Positions 22,500-34,700 of a stretch of DNA of 64,000 nucleotides are shown one piece after another. Location of the stretch: assembly GCA_964057225.1 (NCBI GenBank), contig OZ059899.1, forward strand, positions 19,716,001 to 19,780,000. Reading direction: 5' to 3'. This DNA is from Auanema rhodensis (Eukaryota; Animalia; Nematoda). The first letter of the stretch is position 1. The number at the start of each line of letters is the position of its first letter. The notes below the pieces were generated by a model, which saw nothing but the letters and a program-made list of their open reading frames with translations, made no database searches and had not been told where the DNA came from. Made by a program: the position numbers and the translations under genes.

Positions 22500-25400
22500 A
22501 TACAAAAATTAGTTATGATCGTTTGAAAAAAGATGCATTAGTGTATGTTGAGTTTCCATGTACACTCAACATTGCTTCCAAAAACATTTTTACAAAAATT
22601 TTTCCGAAAAATTTCGAAATAATTTCGCAAAAAGTAGATGTTTTTAGATTCCTTTTTTCAAGGCAAAGACGATGGACATTGTAATTCAACGAAAAAATTG
22701 ATTCTGCAGGGTGAAAATCGAGGATATAAGTGTGAACTTATATCAGTTGATATCTCGGTGCATTTTTAAGCTAACTCAAATCTGATAACACAGATCGACG
22801 CAGCTTAAAAATCCGCATCGAATGCACTATACTGCATTGAGAAACGCTTAATACAAAAGTTAGTTATGATCGTTTGAAAAATGATGCATTAGTGTATGTT
22901 GAGTTTCCATGTACACTCAACATTGCTTCCAAAAACATTTTGACAAAAATTTTTCCGAAAAATTTTAAAATAATTTCGCAAAGAGTAGGTGTTTTTAGAT
23001 TCCTTTTTTCAAGGCAAAGACGATGGACAATGTTATTCAACGAAAAAATTAATTCTGCAGGGTGAAAATCGAGGATATAAGTGTGAACTTATATCAGTTG
23101 ATATCTCGGTGCATTTTTAAGCTAGCGCAAATCTGATAACACAGATCGATGCCGCTTAAAAATCCGCATCGAATGCACTATACTACATTGAGAAACGCTT
23201 GATACAAAAATTAGTTATGATCGTTTGAAAAAAGATGCATTAGTGTATGTTGAGTTTCCATGTACACTCAACATTGCTTCCAAAAACATTTTGACAAAAA
23301 TTTTTCCGAAAAATTTCGAAAAAATTTCGCGAAAAGTAGATGTTTTTAGATTCCTTTTTTCAAGGCAAAGACGATGAACAATGTTATTCAACGAAAAAAT
23401 TAATTCTGCAGGGTGAAAATCGAGGACATAAGTGTGAACTTATATCAGTTGATATCTCGGTGCATGTTTAAGCTAGCGCAAATCTGATAACACAGATCGA
23501 CGCAGCTTAAAAATCCGCATCGAATGCATTATACGACATTGAGAAACGCTTAATACAAAAATTAGTTATGATCGTTTGAAAAATGATGCATTAGTGTATG
23601 TTGAGTTTCCATGTACACTCAACATTGCTTCCAAAAACATTTTGACAAAAATTTTTCCGAAAAATTTCAAAATAATTTCGCAAAAAGTAGATGTTTTTAG
23701 ATTCCTTCTTTCAAGGCAAAGACGATGGACAATGTTATTCAACGAAAAAATTAATTCTGCAGGGTGAAAATCGAGGATATAAGTGTGAACTTATATCAGT
23801 TGATATCTCGGTGCATGTTTAAGCTAGCGCAAATCTGATAACACAGATCGACGCAGCTTAAAAATCCGCATCGAATGCACTATACTACATTGAGAAACGC
23901 TTAATACAAAAATTAGTTATGATCGTTTGAAAAAAGATGCATTAGTGTATGTTGAGTTTCCATGTACACTCAACATTGCTTCCAAAAACATTTTGACAAA
24001 AATTTTTCCGAAAAATTTCAAAATAATTTCGCAAAAAGTAGATGTTTTTAGATTCCTTTTTTCACGGCAAAGACGATGGACAAAGTTATTCAACGAAAAA
24101 ATTAATTCTGCAGGGTGAAAATCGAGGATATAAGTGTGAACTTATATCAGTTGATATCTCGGTGCATTTTTAAGATAGCGCAAATCTGATAACACAGATC
24201 GACGCAGCCTAAAAATCCGCATCGAATGCACTATACTACATTGAGAAACGCTTGATACAAAAATTAGTTATGATCGTTTGAAAAAAGATGCATTAGTGTA
24301 TGTTGAGTTTCCATGTACACTCAACATTGCTTCCAAAAACATTTTTACAAAAATTTTTCCGAAAAATTTCGAAATAATTTCGCAAAAAGTAGATGTTTTT
24401 AGATTCCTTTTTTCAAGGCAAAGACGATGGACATTGTAATTCAACGAAAAAATTGATTCTGCAGGGTGAAAATCGAGGATATAAGTGTGAACTTATATCA
24501 GTTGATATCTCGGTGCATTTTTAAGCTAACTCAAATCTGATAACACAGATCGACGCAGCTTAAAAATCCGCATCGAATGCACTATACTGCATTGAGAAAC
24601 GCTTAATACAAAAGTTAGTTATGATCGTTTGAAAAATGATGCATTAGTGTATGTTGAGTTTCCATGTACACTCAACATTGCTTCCAAAAACATTTTGACA
24701 AAAATTTTTCCGAAAAATTTTAAAATAATTTCGCAAAGAGTAGGTGTTTTTAGATTCCTTTTTTCAAGGCAAAGACGATGGACAATGTTATTCAACGAAA
24801 AAATTAATTCTGCAGGGTGAAAATCGAGGATATAAGTGTGAACTTATATCAGTTGATATCTCGGTGCATTTTTAAGCTAGCGCAAATCTGATAACACAGA
24901 TCGATGCCGCTTAAAAATCCGCATCGAATGCACTATACTACATTGAGAAACGCTTGATACAAAAATTAGTTATGATCGTTTGAAAAAAGATGCATTAGTG
25001 TATGTTGAGTTTCCATGTACACTCAACATTGCTTCCAAAAACATTTTGACAAAAATTTTTCCGAAAAATTTCGAAAAAATTTCGCGAAAAGTAGATGTTT
25101 TTAGATTCCTTTTTTCAAGGCAAAGACGATGAACAATGTTATTCAACGAAAAAATTAATTCTGCAGGGTGAAAATCGAGGACATAAGTGTGAACTTATAT
25201 CAGTTGATATCTCGGTGCATGTTTAAGCTAGCGCAAATCTGATAACACAGATCGACGCAGCTTAAAAATCCGCATCGAATGCATTATACGACATTGAGAA
25301 ACGCTTAATACAAAAATTAGTTATGATCGTTTGAAAAATGATGCATTAGTGTATGTTGAGTTTCCATGTACACTCAACATTGCTTCCAAAAACATTTTGA

Positions 25401-26100
25401 CAAAAATTTTTCCGAAAAATTTCAAAATAATTTCGCAAAAAGTAGATGTTTTTAGATTCCTTCTTTCAAGGCAAAGACGATGGACAATGTTATTCAACGA
25501 AAAAATTAATTCTGCAGGGTGAAAATCGAGGATATAAGTGTGAACTTATATCAGTTGATATCTCGGTGCATGTTTAAGCTAGCGCAAATCTGATAACACA
25601 GATCGACGCAGCTTAAAAATCCGCATCGAATGCACTATACTACATTGAGAAACGCTTAATACAAAAATTAGTTATGATCGTTTGAAAAAAGATGCATTAG
25701 TGTATGTTGAGTTTCCATGTACACTCAACATTGCTTCCAAAAACATTTTGACAAAAATTTTTCCGAAAAATTTCAAAATAATTTCGCAAAAAGTAGATGT
25801 TTTTAGATTCCTTTTTTCACGGCAAAGACGATGGACAAAGTTATTCAACGAAAAAATTAATTCTGCAGGGTGAAAATCGAGGATATAAGTGTGAACTTAT
25901 ATCAGTTGATATCTCGGTGCATTTTTAAGATAGCGCAAATCTGATAACACAGATCGACGCAGCCTAAAAATCCGCATCGAATGCACTATACTACATTGAG
26001 AAACGCTTGATACAAAAATTAGTTATGATCGTTTGAAAAAAGATGCATTAGTGTATGTTGAGTTTCCATGTACACTCAACATTGCTTCCAAAAACATTTT
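22500..26100. repeat. Tandem duplication with 5-monomer period (1755 bp)
   Basis: Rare variants recur at +1755: cattgtaat (about 22680/24435), gatgaaca (23373/25128), ggacata, and aagatagc with gcagccta (24172/25927). Confidence 0.9.
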
Positions 26101-29100
26101 GACAAAAATTTTTCCAAAAAATTTCAAAATAATTTCGCAAAAAGTAAATGTTTTTAGATTCCTTTCTCCAAGGCAAAGACAATGGACAATGTTATTCAAC
26201 GAAAAAATTAATTCTGCAGGGTGAAAATCGAGGATATAAGTGTGAACTTATATCAGTTGATATCTCGGTGCATGTTTAAGCTAACGCAAATCTGATAACA
26301 CAGATCGACGCAGCTTAAAAATCCGCATCGAATGCACTATACTACATTGAGAAACGCTTAATACAAAAATTAGTTATGATCGTTTGAAAAAAGATGCATT
26401 AGTGTATGTTGAGTTTCCATGTACACTCAACATTGCTTCCAAAAACATTTTTACAAAAATTTTTCCGAAAAATTTCGAAATAATTTCGCAAAAAGTAGAT
26501 GTTTTTAGATTCCTTTTTTCAAGGCAAAGACGATGGACATTGTTATTCAACGAAAAAATTGATTCTGCAGGGTGAAAATCGAGGATATAAGTGTGAACTT
26601 ATATCAGTTGATATCTCGGTGCATTTTTAAGCTAACTCAAATCTGATAACACAGATCGACGCAGCTTAAAAATCCGCATCGAATGCACTATACTGCATTG
26701 AGAAACGCTTAATACAAAAGTTAGTTATGATCGTTTGAAAAATGATGCATTAGTGTATGTTGAGTTTCCATGTACACTCAACATTGCTTCCAAAAACATT
26801 TTGACAAAAATTTTTCCGAAAAATTTTAAAATAATTTCGCAAAGAGTAGGTGTTTTTAGATTCCTTTTTTCAAGACAAAGACGATGGACAATGTTATTCA
26901 ACGAAAAAATTAATTCTGCAGGGTGAAAATCGAGGATATAAGTGTGAACTTATATCAGTTGATATCTCGGTGCATTTTTAAGCTAGCGCAAATCTGATAA
27001 CACAGATCGATGCCGCTTAAAAATCCGCATCGAATGCACTATACTACATTGAGAAACGCTTGATACAAAAATTAGTTATGATCGTTTGAAAAAAGATGCA
27101 TTAGTGTATGTTGAGTTTCCATGTACACTCAACATTGCTTCCAAAAACATTTTGACAAAAATTTTTCCGAAAAATTTCGAAAAAATTTCGCGAAAAGTAG
27201 ATGTTTTTAGATTCCTTTTTTCAAGGCAAAGACGATGGACAATGTTATTCAACGAAAAAATTAATTCTGCAGGGTGAAAATCGAGGACATAAGTGTGAAC
27301 TTATATCAGTTGATATCTCGGTGCATGTTTAAGCTAGCGCAAATCTGATAACACAGATCGACGCAGCTTAAAAATCCGCATCGAATGCATTATACGACAT
27401 TGAGAAACGCTTAATACAAAAATTAGTTATGATCGTTTGAAAAATGATGCATTAGTGTATGTTGAGTTTCCATGTACACTCAACATTGCTTCCAAAAACA
27501 TTTTGACAAAAATTTTTCCGAAAAATTTCAAAATAATTTCGCAAAAAGTAGATGTTTTTAGATTCCTTCTTCCAAGGCAAAGACGATGGACAATGTTATT
27601 CAACGAAAAAATTAATTCTGCAGGGTGAAAATCGAGGATATAAGTGTGAACTTATATCAGTTGATATCTCGGTGCATGTTTAAGCTAGCGCAAATCTGAT
27701 AACACAGATCGACGCAGCTTAAAAATCCGCATCGAATGCACTTCACTACATTGAGAAACGCTTAATACAAAAATTAGTTATGATCGTTTGAAAAAAGATG
27801 CATTAGTGTATGTTGAGTTTCCATGTACACTCAACATTGCTTCCAAAAACATTTTGACAAAAATTTTTCCGAAAAATTTCAAAATAATTTCGCAAAAAGT
27901 AGATGTTTTTAGATTCCTTTTTTCACGGCAAAGACGATGGACAAAGTTATTCAACGAAAAAATTAATTCTGCAGGGTGAAAATCGAGGATATAAGTGTGA
28001 ACTTATATCAGTTGATATCTCGGTGCATTTTTAAGATAGCGCAAATCTGATAACACAGATCGACGCAGCCTAAAAATCCGCATCGAATGCACTATACTAC
28101 ATTGAGAAACGCTTGATACAAAAATTAGTTATGATCGTTTGAAAAAAGATGCATTAGTGTATGTTGAGTTTCCATGTACACTCAACATTGCTTCCAAAAA
28201 CATTTTGACAAAAATTTTTCCAAAAAATTTCAAAATAATTTTGCAAAAAGTAAATGTTTTTAGATTCCTTTCTCCAAGGCAAAGACAATGGACAATGTTA
28301 TTCAACGAAAAAATTAATTCTGCAGGGTGAAAATCGAGGATATAAGTGTGAACTTATATCAGTTGATATCTCGGTGCATGTTTAAGCTAGCGCAAATCTG
28401 ATAACACAGATCGACGCAGCTTAAAAATCCGCATCGAATGCACTATACTACATTGAGAAACGCTTAATACAAAAATTAGTTATGATCGTTTGAAAAATGA
28501 TGCATTAGTGTATGTTGAGTTTCCATGTACACTCAACATTGCTTCCAAAAACATTTTGACAAAAATTTTTCCGAAAAATTTCAAAATAATTTCGCAAAAA
28601 GTAGATGTTTTTAGATTCCTTTTTTCACGGCAAAGACGATGGACAAAGTTATTCAACGAAAAAATTAATTCTGCAGGGTGAAAATCGAGGATATAAGTGT
28701 GAACTTATATCAGTTGATATCTCGGTGCATTTTTAAGCTAGCGCAAATCTGATAACACAGATCGACGCAGCTTAAAAATCCGCATCGAATGCACTATACT
28801 ACATTGAGAAACGCTTGATACAAAAATTAGTTATGATCGTTTGAAAAAAGATGCATTAGTGTATGTTGAGTTTCCATGTACACTCAACATTGCTTCCAAA
28901 AACATTTTGACAAAAATTTTTCCAGAAAATTTCAAAATAATTTCGCAAAAAGTAAATGTTTTTAGATTCCTTTCTCCAAGGTAAAGACAATGGACAATGT
29001 TATTCAACGAAAAAATTAATTCTGCAGGGTGAAAATCGAGGATATAAGTGTGAACTTATATCAGTTGATATCTCGGTGCATGTTTAAGCTAGCGCAAATC

Positions 29101-31780
29101 TGATAACACAGATCGACGCAGCTTAAAAATCCGCATCGAATGCACTATACTACATTGAGAAACGCTTAATACAAAAATTAGTTATGATCGTTTGAAAAAA
29201 GATGCATTAGTGTATGTTGAGTTTCCATGTACACTCAACATTGCTTCCAAAAACATTTTTACAAAAATTTTTCCGAAAAATTTCGAAATAATTTCGCAAA
29301 AAGTAGATGTTTTTAGATTCCTTTTTTCAAGGCAAAGACGATGGACATTGTTATTCAACGAAAAAATTGATTCTGCAGGGTGAAAATCGAGGATATAAGT
29401 GTGAACTTATATCAGTTGATATCTCGGTGCATTTTTAAGCTAACTCAAATCTGATAACACAGATCGACGCAGCTTAAAAATCCGCATCGAATGCACTATA
29501 CTGCATTAAGAAACGCTTAATACAAAAGTTAGTTATGATCGTTTGAAAAATGATGCATTAGTGTATGTTGAGTTTCCATGTACACTCAACATTGCTTCCA
29601 AAAACATTTTGACAAAAATTTTTCCGAAAAATTTTAAAATAATTTCGCAAAGAGTAGGTGTTTTTAGATTCCTTTTTTCAAGGCAAAGACGATGGACAAT
29701 GTTATTCAACGAAAAAATTAATTCTGCAGGGTGAAAATCGAGGATATAAGTGTGAACTTATATCAGTTGATATCTCGGTGCATTTTTAAGCTAGCGCAAA
29801 TCTGATAACACAGATCGATGCCGCTTAAAAATCCGCATCGAATGCACTATACTACATTGAGAAACGCTTGATACAAAAATTAGTTATGATCGTTTGAAAA
29901 AAGATGCATTAGTGTATGTTGAGTTTCCATGTACACTCAACATTGCTTCCAAAAACATTTTGACAAAAATTTTTCCGAAAAATTTCGAAAAAATTTCGCG
30001 AAAAGTAGATGTTTTTAGATTCCTTTTTTCAAGGCAAAGACGATGGACAATGTTATTCAACGAAAAAATTAATTCTGCAGGGTGAAAATCGAGGACATAA
30101 GTGTGAACTTATATCAGTTGATATCTCGGTGCATGTTTAAGCTAGCGCAAATCTGATAACACAGATCGACGCAGCTTAAAAATCCGCATCGAATGCATTA
30201 TACGACATTGAGAAACGCTTAATACAAAAATTAGTTATGATCGTTTGAAAAATGATGCATTAGTGTATGTTGAGTTTCCATGTACACTCAACATTGCTTC
30301 CAAAAACATTTTGACAAAAATTTTTCCGAAAAATTTCAAAATAATTTCGCAAAAAGTAGATGTTTTTAGATTCCTTCTTTCAAGGCAAAGACGATGGACA
30401 ATGTTATTCAACGAAAAAATTAATTCTGCAGGGTGAAAATCGAGGATATAAGTGTGAACTTATATCAGTTGATATCTCGGTGCATGTTTAAGCTAGCGCA
30501 AATCTGATAACACAGATCGACGCAGCTTAAAAATCCGCATCGAATGCACTATACTACATTGAGAAACGCTTAATACAAAAATTAGTTATGATCGTTTGAA
30601 AAAAGATGCATTAGTGTATGTTGAGTTTCCATGTACACTCAACATTGCTTCCAAAAACATTTTGACAAAAATTTTTCCGAAAAATTTCAAAATAATTTCG
30701 CAAAAAGTAGATGTTTTTAGATTCCTTTTTTCACGGCAAAGACGATGGACAAAGTTATTCAACGAAAAAATTAATTCTGCAGGGTGAAAATCGAGGATAT
30801 AAGTGTGAACTTATATCAGTTGATATCTCGGTGCATTTTTGAGATAGCGCAAATCTGATAACACAGATCGACGCAGCCTAAAAATCCGCATCGAATGCAC
30901 TATACTACATTGAGAAACGCTTGATACAAAAATTAGTTATGATCGTTTGAAAAAAGATGCATTAGTGTATGTTGAGTTTCCATGTACACTCAACATTGCT
31001 TCCAAAAACATTTTGACAAAAATTTTTCCAAAAAATTTCAAAATAATTTCGCAAAAAGTAAATGTTTTTAGATTCCTTTCTCCAAGGCAAAGACAATGGA
31101 CAATGTTATTCAACGAAAAAATTAATTCTGCAGGGTGAAAATCGAGGATATAAGTGTGAACTTATATCAGTTGATATCTCGGTGCATGTTTAAGCTAGCG
31201 CAAATCTGATAACACAGATCGACGCAGCTTAAAAATCCGCATCGAATGCACTATACTACATTGAGAAACGCTTAATACAAAAATTAGTTATGATCGTTTG
31301 AAAAATGATGCATTAGTGTATGTTGAGTTTCCATGTACACTCAACATTGCTTCCAAAAACATTTTGACAAAAATTTTTCCGAAAAATTTCAAAATAATTT
31401 CGCAAAAAGTAGATGTTTTTAGATTCCTTTTTTCACGGCAAAGACGATGGACAAAGTTATTCAACGAAAAAATTAATTCTGCAGGGTGAAAATCGAGGAT
31501 ATAAGTGTGAACTTATATCAGTTGATATCTCGGTGCATTTTTAAGCTAGCGCAAATCTGATAACACAGATCGACGCAGCTTAAAAATCCGCATCGAATGC
31601 ACTATACTACATTGAGAAACGCTTGATACAAAAATTAGTTATGATCGTTTGAAAAAAGATGCATTAGTGTATGTTGAGTTTCCATGTACACTCAACATTG
31701 CTTCCAAAAACATTTTGACAAAAATTTTTCCAAAAAATTTCAAAATAATTTCGCAAAAAGTAAATGTTTTTAGATTCCTT
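25975..31780. repeat. Tandem duplication with 8-monomer period (2808 bp)
   Basis: The monomer type order at 26384-28490 is repeated at 29192-31298, with a few private SNPs in each copy. Confidence 0.85.
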
Positions 31781-34700
31781 TCTCCAAGGCAAAGACGATG
31801 AACAATGTTATTCAACGAAAAAATTAATTCTCCAGGGTGAAAATCGAGGATATAAGTGTGAACTTATATCAGTTGATATCTCGGTGCAATTTTAAGCTAG
31901 CGCAAATCTGATAATACAGATCGACGCAGCTTAAAAATCCGCATCGAATGCACTATACTGCATTGAGAAACGCTTGATACAAAAATTAGTTATGATCGTT
32001 TGAAAAAAGATGCATTAGTGTATGTTGAGTTTCCATGTACACTCAACATTGCTTCCAAAAACATTTTGACAAAAATTTTTCCAAAAAATTTCAAAATAAT
32101 TTCGCAAAAAGTAAATGTTTTTAGATTCCTTTCTCCAAGGCAAAGACAATGGACAATGTTATTCAACGAAAAAATTAATTCTGCAGGGTGAAAATCGAGG
32201 ATATAAGTGTGAACTTATATCAGTTGATATCTCGGTGCATGTTTAAGCTAGCGCAAATCTGATAACACAGATCGACGCAGCTTAAAAATCCGCATCGAAT
32301 GCACTATACTACATTGAGAAACGCTCAATACAAAAATTAGTTATGATCGTTTGAAAAAAGATGCATTAGTGTATGTTGAGTTTCCATGTACACTCAACAT
32401 TGCTTCCAAAAACATTTTGACAAAAATTTTTCCGAAAAATTTCAAAATAATTTCGCAAAAAGTAGATGTTTTTAGATTCCTTTTTTCACGGCAAAGACGA
32501 TGGACAAAGTTATTCAACGAAAAAATTAATTCTGCAGGGTGAAAATCGAGGATATAAGTGTGAACTTATATCAGTTGATATCTCGGTGCATTTTTAAGCT
32601 AGCGCAAATCTGATAACACAGATCGACGCAGCTTAAAAATCCGCATCGAATGCACTATACTACATTGAGAAACGCTTAATACAAAAATTAGTTATGATCG
32701 TTTGAAAAATGATGCATTAGTGTATGTTGAGTTTCCATGTACACTCAACATAGCTTCCAAAAACATTTTGACAAAAATGTTTCCGAAAAATTTCAAAAAA
32801 ATTTCGCAAAAAGTAGATGTTTTTAGATTCCTTTTTTCACGGCAAAGACGATGGACAAAGTTATTCAACGAAAAAATTAATTCTGCAGGGTGAAAATCGA
32901 GGATATAAGTGTGAACTTATATCAGTTGATATCTCGGTGCATTTTTAAGCTAGCGCAAATCTGATAACACAGATCGACGCAGCTTAAAAATCCGCATCGA
33001 ATGCACTATACTACATTGAGAAACGCTTAATACAAAAATTAGTTATGATCGTTTGAAAAAAGATGCATTAGTGTATGTTGAGTTTCCATGTACACTCAAC
33101 ATTGCTTCCAAAAACATTTTGACAAAAATTTTTCCGAAAAATTTCAAAATAATTTCGCAAAAAGTAGAAGTTTTTAGATTCCTTCTTTCAAGGCAAAGAC
33201 GATGGACAATGTTATTCAACGAAAAAATTAATTCTGCAGGGTGAAAATCGAGGATATAAGTGTGAACTTATATCAGTTGATATCTCGGTGCATGTTTAAG
33301 CTAGCGCAAATCTGATAACACAGATCGACGCAGCTTAAAAATCCGCATCGAATGCACTATACTACATTGAGAAACGCTTAATACAAAAATTAGTTATGAT
33401 CGTTTGAAAAAAGATGCATTAGTGTATGTTGAGTTTCCATGTACACTCAACATTGCTTCCAAAAACATTTTGACAAAATTTTTTCCGAAAAATTTCAAAA
33501 TAATTTCGCAAAAAGTAGATGTTTTTAGATTCCTTTTTTCACGGCAAAGACGATGGACAAAGTTATTCAACGAAAAAATTAATTCTGCAGGGTGAAAATC
33601 GAGGATATAAGTGTGAACTTATATCAGTTGATATCTCGGTGCATTTTTAAGCTAGCGCAAATCTGATAACACAGATCGACGCAGCTTAAAAATCCGCATC
33701 GAATGCACTATACTACATTGAGAAACGCTTAATACAAAAATTAGTTATGATCGTTTGAAAAAAGATGCATTAGTGTATGTTGAGTTTCCATGTACACTCA
33801 ACATTGCTTCCAAAAACATTTTGACAAAAATTTTTCCAAAAAATTTCAAAATAATTTCGCAAAAAGTAAATGTTTTTAGATTCCTTTCTCCAAGGCAAAG
33901 ACAATGGACAATGTTATTCAACGAAAAAATTAATTCTGCAGGGTGAAAATCGAGGATATAAGTGTGAACTTATATCAGTTGATATCTCGGTGCATGTTTA
34001 AGCTAGCGCAAATCTGATAACACAGATCGACGCAGCTTAAAAATCCGCATCGAATGCACTATACTACATTGAGAAACGCTTAATACAAAAATTAGTTATG
34101 ATCGTTTGAAAAATGATGCATTAGTGTATGTTGAGTTTCCATGTACACTCAACATTGCTTCCAAAAACATTTTGACAAAAATTTTTCCGAAAAATTTCAA
34201 AATAATTTCGCAAAAAGTAGATGTTTTTAGATTCCTTTTTTCACGGCAAAGACGATGGACAAAGTTATTCAACGAAAAAATTAATTCTGCAGGGTGAAAA
34301 TCGAGGATATAAGTGTGAACTTATATCAGTTGATATCTCGGTGCATTTTTAAGATAGCGCAAATCTGATAACACAGATCGACGCAGCCTAAAAATCCGCA
34401 TCGAATGCACTATACTACATTGAGAAACGCTTGATACAAAAATTAGTTATGATCGTTTGAAAAAAGATGCATTAGTGTATGTTGAGTTTCCATGTACACT
34501 CAACATTGCTTCCAAAAACATTTTGACAAAAATTTTTCCAAAAAATTTCAAAATAATTTCGCAAAAAGTAAATGTTTTTAGATTCCTTTCTCCAAGGCAA
34601 AGACAATGGACAATGTTATTCAACGAAAAAATTAATTCTGCAGGGTGAAAATCGAGGATATAAGTGTGAACTTATATCAGTTGATATCTCGGTGCATGTT

